This document shows positions 52,888-62,929 of a stretch of 64,000 nucleotides of DNA, piece by piece. This DNA comes from Chitinophagales bacterium (lineage in GTDB: Bacteria > Bacteroidota > Bacteroidia > Chitinophagales > Saprospiraceae), in NCBI GenBank assembly GCA_017303875.1, contig JAFLBP010000031.1:1661-65660 (forward strand), given 5' to 3'. A model generated the notes under the pieces. The model made no database searches, was not told the origin of the DNA, and saw nothing but the letters and a program-made list of their open reading frames with translations. The translations under genes were made by a program, and so were the position numbers. Every line of letters starts with the position of its first letter. The stretch's first letter is position 1.

Positions 52888-54372
52888 CTAATTTTTATCG
52901 CGGGCGACTGCCAGGGAGGCTTTTTCAATCAACCAGTCGCGGTAGGGAACATTAGGAGTACTTCTTATTTCATCAAGCATTACCTGTGCTTTGTCGGCAT
53001 CGGTATTCCAGCGACGGCGTTCCATTTTTTCCAAAATCCGGATAAAATTATAATAACGTTGTTTCACACCCTGCCCCAGTTTGCTGCGTCGAACTTTTTG
53101 ATCCAGCGCCTTGAGGCGGGTTTCGAGCAAGGGACTGTTGGTTTCGTAATAGATTTTGATCAGCAGGCTCTCCGCAACAATCATCAGAAGCGGATGCTCA
53201 AAGGGTTTGTAGGAGAGTAAATCGGCTGCTTTTTTATAATCACCGAGGTGAAAATAATAGTCTGCCCAATTCAGGCTGGAAGCCTCGGCCGGGTAGCGGG
53301 TGCCGCAAAGCCGTTCGGGCGGGTATTGTTCCAAAACGGTACGCACCCAATCGAATTGCTGCTGTTTGAGTGCATGTACAACCAACATGGAGAGATTGGC
53401 TACGTGCAGCGAACCTTCGTAATCCAGCAGTCCGTTTTCCAGGTGTGCTTTCAGCAAATGGAAAAGTTTTTGCTGCATTGCCGACGCGCCGGTCCGGCTG
53501 TAATGCCAGGCATACATATTGCGCAAATGGGTACACAGTGCAATTCTGATCTTTAGTGGAACGGCTGTTTGGCACTTATCGAGTTGTTGCTCAAAGGTTT
53601 GCAACAAGTCCAGACCATCAGAATGCTCATTGAGTTTCATCACCAGGTCGTAGAGCAGGAAGACAGGATTTTCTGCAGTGGCACTGCTTTGCGCAAATTC
53701 AATGACGGCATTATTCAGTTCCTGCGTTACTTTAAAGCGCGGATCTTTGGCAAAAATATTGTTCTGCATCCGCAGTGCGCTCAGGTAATCCATTTTTTGC
53801 AGCGCATACAACATATCCAGGTTGTAATGCACATTAAAACTTTCTTCCTCGATCTGGTGCGGCGTGAGCAAGGTGCCGAAATACAGAAGTTCGTGCGCGG
53901 TTTTCAGCCGGAGTGTATAATAGGTTTCATCCCGGAAGGGGTATTCCTCTATCACCTGCCGGAGCTGATCGGCACAGTGCTGAAATCGCTCTTCCATCCC
54001 GAACTTTCGGTAAAAACGCATTTGAGACAATAAGTCTTCCGGCGCCTTAAGCGCATTTTGCTGAAATCCGCTTTGGGTCAGGAATTGCCTGACGAGTATC
54101 AGCAAATCCGACGTGAGTGCGTCCAGCGGGCCTTTTGCGTTTTCTTTGTATTCAAAATCAGGATAAAAACGCCTGCTCACCTTTTCTTTATTCAGCGCAG
54201 GCCGATGCTCGTCGGCATCATATCGCATGATGTAATCATACAGCTGAAGCAACTCATCGGCATTGCGCCTGACATGCTGGCTGAAATACGGCGATTGAAT
54301 AAACAGGCGCAGCTGACGGTGTTCCTGCTTGCTCAGGCGGCTTAAAAATTCCAGCAACTTGCGATTTAACAT
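52888..54372 (-). CDS. Hypothetical all-helical (TPR-like) protein
   Basis: From ATG 54372: MLNRKLLEFLSRLSKQEHRQLRLFIQSPYF... The composition is helical-repeat-like with no TM or signal peptide. The function is unknown. Confidence 0.6.
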   Translation of the reverse strand: MLNRKLLEFLSRLSKQEHRQLRLFIQSPYFSQHVRRNADELLQLYDYIMRYDADEHRPALNKEKVSRRFYPDFEYKENAKGPLDALTSDLLILVRQFLTQSGFQQNALKAPEDLLSQMRFYRKFGMEERFQHCADQLRQVIEEYPFRDETYYTLRLKTAHELLYFGTLLTPHQIEEESFNVHYNLDMLYALQKMDYLSALRMQNNIFAKDPRFKVTQELNNAVIEFAQSSATAENPVFLLYDLVMKLNEHSDGLDLLQTFEQQLDKCQTAVPLKIRIALCTHLRNMYAWHYSRTGASAMQQKLFHLLKAHLENGLLDYEGSLHVANLSMLVVHALKQQQFDWVRTVLEQYPPERLCGTRYPAEASSLNWADYYFHLGDYKKAADLLSYKPFEHPLLMIVAESLLIKIYYETNSPLLETRLKALDQKVRRSKLGQGVKQRYYNFIRILEKMERRRWNTDADKAQVMLDEIRSTPNVPYRDWLIEKASLAVARDKN

Positions 54373-54606
54373 ACTTCCCAGATATTGTTCAGGTCGCAAA
54401 TATGCGCAAATACTTGGAAATATTTTTACTTTTTTGTTATATAATATTTGTAAATATATTTGATTATAAAATATTTATACATTGATTTTTATATAACCTT
54501 TACTAAAACAAGTGGAAAAATAGATCAAACTGTAGTTGCGCACGCATAAACCAGTCTCTATTTTTGATCTTTCATTTCTTAAAGTGTTCACGCTCATTCT
54601 TCTCGC

Positions 54607-55767
54607 ATGCAAATTACTACACGTCTTTTATGCTTCGTCGTGCTTTTGTGCCTTTTGGGCATCCCCTCGCGGGCAGGCAACCCCACCATTCCAGAAAAAA
54701 ACAACCTGTGGTACAGCCCGCCCTCCGGCTGTGAACTGCCAGCACCCGGCAATGTTCAGGTAACGGCCCTCGGTCCGGATTTTGCGGATCTGGACTGGGA
54801 TGATGTACCTGGAGCCAGTGGATACCAGGCCGTTCTGACCGACCTTACCGTCAGCCCCAATATCTCAATTTCAACGAATACCACGAGCAGCAACATTTCC
54901 TATAACGCCTCCCTCATCACACCGGGGCATACTTATAAGTTTGAAGTTGCTTCGATTTGCACAAACAACCAGATCGGTGCTTATTCAGCGTCTGTGACCT
55001 TCACGGCGCCGGTCATTATTGTTGTGATAGATATTGTAACCCGCCAGTGCACCCCATCGACACCGGCAGACGTTGGTTTACATTTTCTGCCCAACAACAT
55101 CGGATACAATCCGGGAACAGCCGTGAGCTTTGACCTGATTCACAATGGCGCTGTTTTTGGGTTTGAGGCGCAAACCATGCCGAACGGGCACCTCAGATTT
55201 GATGTCAATTCCGAATCTTACCAATATGGCTTTAATGATTTTTGTATCGTCACGAACACCGTCGGCTGTAGCAATGTGGGAATAAGACGAGTCATCAATG
55301 GCACAGAAACATTAATTGCTTCCTTTTCTCCCCAGACAATCGGAACGAGTCGCTACCTCAAAGTCAACTACCTGCTAAATGGCGCAACATTGAGAAAATG
55401 TGCGCCGGGCCGCGGGCTGGTAGCGCCAAGTGGAATCGGAATGCTCGGGCAGCAAAGTGTCGATGCGCCGCAAGCCACCGACGATGCGCCATTGCAAGGT
55501 ACTGGCCAGGCAAGCCTGCAAGCAACGCCCAACCCATTCTCCCATACGCTTGATTTACGCTTCAAGCTGCCCAAAAGCAGCAGTATTGCCAAGCTCGCCA
55601 TCAGCGATATGAACGGCAGGGTGGTTTATCAGGAGACACTGGGAACGCAGCTGGTGCCAGGCGAGTATACCCACACATGCATGCTCACTGATCTGGATTC
55701 GGGTGTATACCTATTGACGCTGCTCACCGAACAGGGACTGCTCAGCCAACGAATACTTAAACCATAA
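54607..55767 (+). CDS. Secreted FN3-like domain protein with a T9SS C-terminal sorting domain
   Basis: The signal peptide is MQITTRLLCFVVLLCLLGIPSRA. The FN3-like segment is PGNVQVTALGPDFADLDWDDVPGASGYQ. The C-terminus is ATPNPFSHTLDLRF....GVYLLTLLTEQG..SQRILK. Confidence 0.75.
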   Translation: MQITTRLLCFVVLLCLLGIPSRAGNPTIPEKNNLWYSPPSGCELPAPGNVQVTALGPDFADLDWDDVPGASGYQAVLTDLTVSPNISISTNTTSSNISYNASLITPGHTYKFEVASICTNNQIGAYSASVTFTAPVIIVVIDIVTRQCTPSTPADVGLHFLPNNIGYNPGTAVSFDLIHNGAVFGFEAQTMPNGHLRFDVNSESYQYGFNDFCIVTNTVGCSNVGIRRVINGTETLIASFSPQTIGTSRYLKVNYLLNGATLRKCAPGRGLVAPSGIGMLGQQSVDAPQATDDAPLQGTGQASLQATPNPFSHTLDLRFKLPKSSSIAKLAISDMNGRVVYQETLGTQLVPGEYTHTCMLTDLDSGVYLLTLLTEQGLLSQRILKP

Positions 55768-55982
55768 GCACCTGTATAACATAAATATCCATACGAAAAC
55801 AAGCCCGTCTATTAGTATTTGGCAAAGAGTAGCCCCGTGAAGATAAGTTGGTAGCACAACCATTTCAACTACGACGCCCGCAGACAGAATTTTCTCCTGC
55901 GGGCGTTTGGCTTTTAAAATGCTTTGCATACACATCAAAAGCTGCTTTGTACACAACATTATTTATATAAAACAAACATTCC

Positions 55983-57509
55983 ATGCAAAAACGATTGCTT
56001 TTAACACTCTTGTGCTATTGCCTGGGCCTGCTTACGGTCAGTGCACAAGAAAACTCCCCCTGTATGTGCATCAACGGCGAACCGCTTGATTGCGCACTGG
56101 AAGCCCAGCGCCCCAATCCACACCTGTTAAACGGGAACAGCCTGGTACTTCAAATTTCCGACATCCCGCGCTCCCTCGGCATTAATCCGCAGGCCAGATA
56201 CAAGGCTTTCTGGATGTTTGGCGACGGCAACTTCAAGTACTACCCGCATGGCGACATGAATGCAGACCTCGCTACCCTGCGCCAGCCCTACGCTTATCAC
56301 CAAACAGGCACCTACACGGTAGACATTGTTTTATCGGAGAAAAAAAGTAACAAACAACCGCCGGATAAGGAGTCGCGTGTGGTAATTGTAGATACCATTA
56401 CTCAGCTGGGCAGCCCCTTTACACAAACCCTGCCACCCGGCGCTCAGGGCATTAATGTATTACCAAACGACCTGTTCAGACCAAAATACCCGACCGCATT
56501 CGCCGTTTCTGTACCCGCCGACCCGGGCATCAAGGGCATTTACTTTTTTTACAACAGCAAAGCCCTTTCCGGTGGCGGCTTTGAGCCGGATACCTTGCAT
56601 CGTCTTGACGAAGTTATTTTGCCCTTGTATATCAGACAGGCAGGCATAGCAGTTACCACCGGGCTGACGGCAAATTTACCGCTCGAACTTGCAGAAACAG
56701 CGCCAATACTGAAGCAGCAATTTCGCAACTATATCTATGTCCCGCTTAATGCAAATGCCCTGGCAGCGATGCCTCCGGGCTTCTCCGAATATCGTTTTTT
56801 CCCGGTAATCACTACCCTTTGGGCCAATGGATTGGTTAATGGCCAGATTGCGGCGCTATCAGTTGGAGATGCCGCCCCCCCACTTAGTGGATTTAACGCA
56901 TCAGATCTTGAAAAACTAAGTGCACGCCTGCTATCGATGTTTCCGGGCAATAATGCTATTGGAAACAATTTCGTCGCAGGCCGAAAAAACGACGGCAGCG
57001 CGGTATTTATACGCGGCGCTGTCCAGTTTACAATGGAAATGGTCGGATCAATCGACCCTAATCAGATCAAAGTAGCCGCCATTGAAGATTTAAAGAACGG
57101 ACAATATAAAGCTACCTGCCGATTAGAGGTTTGCAATAAAGGTCGCCTGGCCGAAGATTACGTACAGGTTTCAGTACGAGATCACCGCGACCTGTTTAGC
57201 AATTTCAAGTTACTTAGCCAGGATACTGTTTCTGTCATCAGCGAGCAAATCCTCAGCAATGTACATCAGTGGCAGTTTGTCTGGACAGCATTACTCGACG
57301 AGGTACCGTGGTCGGGCGCCTACGATAAAGGGTTTGAAGAAGTATGCAACGACCTGCTTTTTTCCATAGAAACCGATGCACTCGGATTGCAACACCTGAT
57401 TGCCGGCGACGGACTGGAGTTGTGCAGTACCTTCAGTTTATCGAATAGTAAAAATCCGGAAGAATGCGTGTGCAACTTACCAATACCGGATAAAATTGAT
57501 AAAAATTAG
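55983..57509 (+). CDS. Hypothetical secreted protein with a PKD-like segment; no recognisable T9SS CTD
   Basis: The signal peptide is MQKRLLLTLLCYCLGLLTVSAQ. The PKD-like motif is FWMFGDGNF....YAYHQTGTYTVDIV. Confidence 0.65.
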   Translation: MQKRLLLTLLCYCLGLLTVSAQENSPCMCINGEPLDCALEAQRPNPHLLNGNSLVLQISDIPRSLGINPQARYKAFWMFGDGNFKYYPHGDMNADLATLRQPYAYHQTGTYTVDIVLSEKKSNKQPPDKESRVVIVDTITQLGSPFTQTLPPGAQGINVLPNDLFRPKYPTAFAVSVPADPGIKGIYFFYNSKALSGGGFEPDTLHRLDEVILPLYIRQAGIAVTTGLTANLPLELAETAPILKQQFRNYIYVPLNANALAAMPPGFSEYRFFPVITTLWANGLVNGQIAALSVGDAAPPLSGFNASDLEKLSARLLSMFPGNNAIGNNFVAGRKNDGSAVFIRGAVQFTMEMVGSIDPNQIKVAAIEDLKNGQYKATCRLEVCNKGRLAEDYVQVSVRDHRDLFSNFKLLSQDTVSVISEQILSNVHQWQFVWTALLDEVPWSGAYDKGFEEVCNDLLFSIETDALGLQHLIAGDGLELCSTFSLSNSKNPEECVCNLPIPDKIDKN

Positions 57510-57522
57510 CGTGATTTATGAA

Positions 57523-57554
57523 GAACGCCCGCCAGTTTATACCAGCGGGCGTTC
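57523..57554. terminator. Hairpin between convergent genes
   Basis: gaacgcccgc (57523-57532) is complementary to gcgggcgttc (57545-57554). Confidence 0.55.
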
Positions 57555-57577
57555 AATACAATATTTATAATACTCTA

Positions 57578-59110
57578 CTACCGATGCATAATCAGCACTA
57601 ATTTCGCCTGGCGGCCATCTGCCTGCTGAATACTCAGGGTATATTGGCCGTCGGGAACATCCGATACGTCCAGCTGTTGCGTCCCGTTGAGGACAAAGGA
57701 CTTTAACAATGAACCCTGCATGGAAAAGAGCTGTGCCGTGCCTTCGGCAAACGGCGTGCTGAAGCGAATAAACTGATCGGCCGGATTGGTAAAGCGCAAC
57801 ACTTGTTGATCAGATTCCAGCGCAACCCCATTATTCCGAACATCCGTGCCGCCGCCGCTGAAGCCTTCGCAGTTGGTAACGTAAATATACTCACATTGAC
57901 CTACCGGATCACAGCCAGGTTGTACCACCCTGAAGCAAACCTTAACCCATTGATTATCACCTTCATTAACAGGATAGTAGGCAACCAAACCCTCCGGATT
58001 GTTTACATAGGGCTGATCGTTGACGCTGCTTTGAATGATCGTGCCGGCAGGAAAGGGATCATCCGGAACGACTGTAAAAGTATTTTTGCTACAGAATAGT
58101 TGTTGCACATCTATATTCCAGTCGATACAGGTATTGAAATTGCAGGTGGGAAGACTTCCCGCTTTGGTTTGAAATCTAAAAGTAGCTATCCGTATGACCG
58201 GGCAACCAGGGCGATTCAACAAATACGTTAACTCATAACAGCCACTGTTGAGTGGCAGCATGAAGGTATTGTGATCTTTCCACAAGATCAGTTGTGGCTC
58301 GTAGACAGGCTCTATATTGAGCTTACAATCGGTGTCCCGGGTCAGAATAAATTCATCCTGCGAGATGCTTCCACCCGGCACCTCATTGTTAAGAGTTACC
58401 TCCACCCAGCCACCTTCATGCTGGCAAACTTCAAAAGAAACAGGGTCGGCTACACAGGTAATGTCTTCAATGCATACATTATCAAGGTGAAATTGAGCAC
58501 GAAATGACATATTGGCCATTGCGATATCTTCATCAAGAAATGGGCGAAACCAAATATGGCTGAAGTTGCTTTGCGCTGTAAATTCGAGTGTTTTCTGATT
58601 CCAGAACAAAATCGGCGCAGAACTACGATTGACCGCGCCTAAAGTCTGTGCCGTTTGTGGTATACCAGGGATTATATCATCATTATCACATGTGCCTGAC
58701 CCTCCATTATTGGCTAAATCATTGACGAGGTGAAAGCCCATAAATGGATTATCACCAACCGGATTATGTGTGCTCTCAATAAAATACTTAAACCTGACAC
58801 GATAGCGGCGGCCACTAGTAAAGGAATGTTCCAAGGCAATGCCGTCACCGTGCGGCTGGCTGTCATTGCCACACTTTCGTAACCTCATCGTAGCATAGCG
58901 AAGATTGGAGGGAGCAACCGCACTTATTGAATTGGATTCATTTCCCGGACTCCCCGAAGTGGCAATGGCATCCGTAATGCAGCCCGACAAGAAGGCATTG
59001 TTTGGCTGCGGACAACTCTCTTCGAAATCCCAACACGTAACGACGGGTTGTTGAGCCTGTACGCCCCATGCTGCCATGAGTAACAAGAACAGTGCAATAT
59101 ATTTTTGCAT
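57578..59110 (-). CDS. Hypothetical secreted protein with a T9SS C-terminal sorting domain (paralog 1)
   Basis: From ATG 59110: MQKYIALFLLLMAAWGVQAQ. The C-terminus is VLRFTNPADQFIRF...GQYTLSIQQADGRQAKLVLIMHR. It is colinear with the neighbouring paralog. Confidence 0.75.
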   Translation of the reverse strand: MQKYIALFLLLMAAWGVQAQQPVVTCWDFEESCPQPNNAFLSGCITDAIATSGSPGNESNSISAVAPSNLRYATMRLRKCGNDSQPHGDGIALEHSFTSGRRYRVRFKYFIESTHNPVGDNPFMGFHLVNDLANNGGSGTCDNDDIIPGIPQTAQTLGAVNRSSAPILFWNQKTLEFTAQSNFSHIWFRPFLDEDIAMANMSFRAQFHLDNVCIEDITCVADPVSFEVCQHEGGWVEVTLNNEVPGGSISQDEFILTRDTDCKLNIEPVYEPQLILWKDHNTFMLPLNSGCYELTYLLNRPGCPVIRIATFRFQTKAGSLPTCNFNTCIDWNIDVQQLFCSKNTFTVVPDDPFPAGTIIQSSVNDQPYVNNPEGLVAYYPVNEGDNQWVKVCFRVVQPGCDPVGQCEYIYVTNCEGFSGGGTDVRNNGVALESDQQVLRFTNPADQFIRFSTPFAEGTAQLFSMQGSLLKSFVLNGTQQLDVSDVPDGQYTLSIQQADGRQAKLVLIMHR

Positions 59111-59217
59111 GAGAAAATGTTTAAAATAAAAAATGATGTTTCCAACAGAAAGCAATGGCATACTGCCTCCCTACCGGCAAAACCGGCAAGGAGGCAGCGC
59201 TTTGCAACTATAAAGTC

Positions 59218-60732
59218 TTACGGCCGGTGCATAATCAACACCAACTTCGCCTGGCGGCCATCTGCCTGCTGAATACTCAGGGTGTATTGCCCGTCGGGCA
59301 CATCCGATACATCCAGCTGCTGCGTCCCGTTGAGGTCAAAGGATTTGATGAGCGAACCCTGCATGGAGAAAAGCTGCGCCGTGCCTTCGGCAAACGGAGC
59401 GCTGAAGCGGATAAACTGATCGGCCGGATTGGTAAAGCGCAATACGGGTTTATCGGTTTCCTGTGTGGCGCCATTGTTCCGGTCATCGCTGCCGCCACCC
59501 GTGAAGCCTTCGCAATTTACCACATAAACATATTCGCACTTGACTACCGTGGGGCAATCTTTTTGAAACACAGCAAAGCATACCTCAAGCCAGAGATTAT
59601 CGCCATCAATAAGCGGAAAATGCTGAATCACACCACTCGGATTAACAGTCGGCCCCTGATCATTTACACTGCTGGTAATAATCGTGCCGGCAGGGAATGG
59701 AGAATCTGGCAACACTGTAAAGGAGATACCATCACAGGAAAAGTCGGATACTTCAATACGCCAATCGATACATTGTTCCGGCTGACAAATCGGGATACTT
59801 TCTTTTTGTGTCGACAGCGTCTGACTTACAAATTTAGAGCTACAACCGGGTTGGCTGAAAATATACCCCAAACGGTAGCAACCACTGTTTAGCGGCAGTG
59901 TAAGGGTATTATGGTCTTGCCAGTTAAGGGTTTGTGGCGGCCACAGGGTGCCTGCCGACGGAGAACAGCTCGCGAGTCGGAACAAACGCCACTGGCTTTG
60001 CGGAATATCTTCAGCTCCAACAATATTCACTTGCACATTCCCGTCACTTTGTACACACACATCCAAAGTAAATGGATCCGGCGTACAGGTAATATCTTCA
60101 ATGCAGACATTATCTATATGAAACCGGGAAAGGAATTCAGATTGCAACTCCGTCAGATCTAAAAATGGCCGAAACCAAACCTGATTAAAATTATCGCTTG
60201 CCGTGAATTCATACACCTTGTTCTGCCAGGTCATAGACGCAACAGAATTGCGATTTACAGCCCCCAGCGTTTGCGAAATCTGCGGAATGCCCGGAATACG
60301 ATCATTCGCTACGCATGTGCCCGGACCACCGAAAGCGGGCAAATCATTGACCAGGTGTATTCCCATAATCGGGTTGTCGCCAAAAGGCCCCAGGCCACCT
60401 TCATGCAGGTAGTTGAATGAAATCCTGTAACGATTGCCGCTTACCAGATTGGTGTTTAAGGCGATGCCATCACCATGCAGGCGGGTCGCATTCAGGCAAT
60501 GCCGAATGTACATGGAAGCATAACGCGAACCGGATACAGCACTTACACCAGCTGTATTGGAAGCATTACCGGGGCGGCCAGAGGTCGCAATAGCATCCGG
60601 AATACAACCCAGTAGAAAGGCATTGCTTTGTTCCGAACAACTTTCCTCAAAATCCCAACAACCAATTGTGATTTGGGCATGCATGCTCAGGGAGACCATG
60701 AGCAATAAAAACAGAGATAAATACTTTTGCAT
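59218..60732 (-). CDS. Hypothetical secreted protein with a T9SS C-terminal sorting domain (paralog 2)
   Basis: From ATG 60732: MQKYLSLFLLLMVSLSMHAQ. It shares CWDFEESC, HGDGIAL, FGDNP.MG.HLVNDL, IPGIPQ..QTLGAVNR, WFRPFLD and DNVCIEDITC with paralog 1. Confidence 0.75.
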   Translation of the reverse strand: MQKYLSLFLLLMVSLSMHAQITIGCWDFEESCSEQSNAFLLGCIPDAIATSGRPGNASNTAGVSAVSGSRYASMYIRHCLNATRLHGDGIALNTNLVSGNRYRISFNYLHEGGLGPFGDNPIMGIHLVNDLPAFGGPGTCVANDRIPGIPQISQTLGAVNRNSVASMTWQNKVYEFTASDNFNQVWFRPFLDLTELQSEFLSRFHIDNVCIEDITCTPDPFTLDVCVQSDGNVQVNIVGAEDIPQSQWRLFRLASCSPSAGTLWPPQTLNWQDHNTLTLPLNSGCYRLGYIFSQPGCSSKFVSQTLSTQKESIPICQPEQCIDWRIEVSDFSCDGISFTVLPDSPFPAGTIITSSVNDQGPTVNPSGVIQHFPLIDGDNLWLEVCFAVFQKDCPTVVKCEYVYVVNCEGFTGGGSDDRNNGATQETDKPVLRFTNPADQFIRFSAPFAEGTAQLFSMQGSLIKSFDLNGTQQLDVSDVPDGQYTLSIQQADGRQAKLVLIMHRP

Positions 60733-61156
60733 GGATGACGCTTTTAATGTGAAAAAAATTTGCATTATGTCTTTGCGACAAGGCAAAAATGAGCACACCA
60801 AAGCTCCTTAACCAACTACTAAACTTTCCGTTTTTTCCACCATTTACAAGCATATCAAAAACAACAAATTGCGAAATAATTGATTAAAAAATGTTAGGAA
60901 AATAAAAATACAAACACTACTTCTACTATCTACCAAAGCACTTTTTCCACTTTTTTCAAACCCCCGGAATCCGTTTACAGATTATTCCTTTTTTCCAAAC
61001 ATCAAGCCATTCTTCAATCCGATTACGCTTGTTAATAATCGCTGTACCAAAATACAAGCACCGGAAAAGCAACCGCAAAAGCACTTACGCCAAAGTGATT
61101 TTTTCCAATATTATACCCATATCCGGGTAAATATGAAGATGGCAGCGCACACGGGT

Positions 61157-61210
61157 TTTAGCATGTGTTTGGGAACTCATGATCCTGTGTGTTCCCAAAC
61201 ACGTGCTAAA
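61157..61210. terminator. 20-bp-stem hairpin immediately downstream of the PorQ-like gene
   Basis: tttagcatgtgtttgggaac (61157-61176) pairs with gttcccaaacacgtgctaaa (61191-61210) with one mismatch. No U-tract follows. Confidence 0.45.
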
Positions 61211-61227
61211 GCTCAAAATGAGGTACT

Positions 61228-62289
61228 CTAAAAAAAGTCCTTCAAATTCGTGCTCAAACCCAGATGCATCACCCCACCCGCAAGGTGGTAAGACCCATAG
61301 CCCACATCAAGGCGAAAACGATTGATCTTGATACCCACACCACCCGAAAAACCGGCCAGACTGCGGTAATTGCGCACCGTAAGTTCGCGCTTGCGCATAT
61401 GATTATAGCCAATACGCAGGCGGAAAGACTCATTGCGCCCCAGCAAAAACTCTCCGTTGAAAATAAAGTGGCGGAAGAAATTATCCACACCCGGGTTGCC
61501 CTTGTCCTGATCGGTATTGTCGCCACCAATAGATAACACCTGATCATCCTCCAGCGCCGGATCGTCATAGCGAATATCCCAGCGGTTCAGGGTGTGCGCC
61601 AGAACACTCAGGCGGAATGGCAAATAACGCAGGCGCTTGCTGAATGCAATTTGCAAATTGGATTCCATCGCCTCTTTGGTATCAAAGTAGTTCGCCGTTT
61701 GGGTACCGAGGTTGCGCCAGACAAAAGCAATATTCATTCTTTTAACGGTATCGGCATACATCAGCCCTATATCGGTGCTGAGTGCGGAAGCACGCGCCAT
61801 GTCTAAACGAGAAAATGCCATACGCGCATTCAGCCCCAGGGTCAGCTTGTCGCTCAGGGGCCGGGCAGCCCCCAGCAGGAAAGCATTTTCGGAAGCCGGG
61901 ACGGTACCAATCCTGTTGCCATATTCGTCGGCCCGCACGATATCACCATAATTCAGGTACTGAATACCGCCCTGTACCGTCATATTGATTTTGGGCAGGG
62001 TATGCGCATAAGCCACATAACCGTGCTGAATATCCGTCAGGAAAAAATTATGGTTAAACGCCAATCGGCCATCCATCAAGGGGTTGAGCGCTGCCGGATT
62101 GAGGGCTGCGAGCGAGACATCCTCGTCGCGCACCGAAATCTGGGCGCCACCCAGGGCCGTAGCCCGCGCCGAGGGGGAAAGCGTCAGGAACTGAAATACC
62201 TGTCGGCCACCATTTACCTGTGCCAGGGCTGTGGTGCTGCAAGCACCTAACACAAGCGCGAAGACCGCGCTTAAGTAGATTTTTTTCAT
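61228..62289 (-). CDS. Outer-membrane beta-barrel protein, T9SS PorQ-like (PorV/PorQ family)
   Basis: From ATG 62289: the signal peptide is MKKIYLSAVFALVLGACSTTALAQ. It is followed by G.QVFQFLTLSPSARATALGGAQISV.DEDVSLAALNPAALN, which I recall as the PorQ-type N-terminal motif. Beta-strand alternation runs to the C-terminal F. Confidence 0.6.
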   Translation of the reverse strand: MKKIYLSAVFALVLGACSTTALAQVNGGRQVFQFLTLSPSARATALGGAQISVRDEDVSLAALNPAALNPLMDGRLAFNHNFFLTDIQHGYVAYAHTLPKINMTVQGGIQYLNYGDIVRADEYGNRIGTVPASENAFLLGAARPLSDKLTLGLNARMAFSRLDMARASALSTDIGLMYADTVKRMNIAFVWRNLGTQTANYFDTKEAMESNLQIAFSKRLRYLPFRLSVLAHTLNRWDIRYDDPALEDDQVLSIGGDNTDQDKGNPGVDNFFRHFIFNGEFLLGRNESFRLRIGYNHMRKRELTVRNYRSLAGFSGGVGIKINRFRLDVGYGSYHLAGGVMHLGLSTNLKDFF

Positions 62290-62297
62290 TTTGAAGC

Positions 62298-62927
62298 TTA
62301 TTTTTCTAATTTCCAAGAGGTTTTGCAAATGCCGTTTTCGCAATTGGCAATGCGCACCACCTGCCCCTGCTCATTGTATTCCTTGAGTTCTCCCTGCTCT
62401 ACGGCGCGCTCTTCTGCTTCATTAAACACGTATGCGCCCTCCGCCTTCAGGGTTCCCGATTCGTAATACTCATAAAACGGCCCGCTTTCGTTGTTGTCCT
62501 TGAGCATTACTTTTTCCATAATTTGCCCGTTGGGATAGTAGCGGATACTCCAGCCGTTGAGCATGTTATTCACAAAGGTTTGCTCCAGTTCCAATTGTCC
62601 CTGCTCATTCCAACGCTTGTACGGGCCTTCAAACTTACCGTTTTTGTAGGTTTCCAACACCTCCAATTTACCGTTCCGGAAGAAAATTTTACGCTCCCCG
62701 TCAAGGCTGTCGGCCGTATACTGCGCCGTTTCCATCAGTGGACCTTCGGCAAAATAAAGCTCATAAACGCCTTGTTTGGCAAAATCCTGTTTGCGTCGCT
62801 GAAAACGTTCCCGACGACCAAACTCGTCCTTGCGCTCTGTCCATTCTGTACCGGCAGCAGCCGAATCGCCGCCCGCAGTATTGCAGGCCATGAGCAAAAG
62901 CAATAAAAAAGGAAAAAACCGTAGCAT
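62298..62927 (-). CDS. MORN-variant repeat lipoprotein (YwqK-family-like)
   Basis: The lipobox is LLLLMAC. The repeats are ...F.NGKLE...TYKNGKFEGPYK.WNEQGQL......F.NN.LNG.S..YYPNGQ..E. Confidence 0.7.
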   Translation of the reverse strand: MLRFFPFLLLLLMACNTAGGDSAAAGTEWTERKDEFGRRERFQRRKQDFAKQGVYELYFAEGPLMETAQYTADSLDGERKIFFRNGKLEVLETYKNGKFEGPYKRWNEQGQLELEQTFVNNMLNGWSIRYYPNGQIMEKVMLKDNNESGPFYEYYESGTLKAEGAYVFNEAEERAVEQGELKEYNEQGQVVRIANCENGICKTSWKLEK

Positions 62928-62929
62928 TT

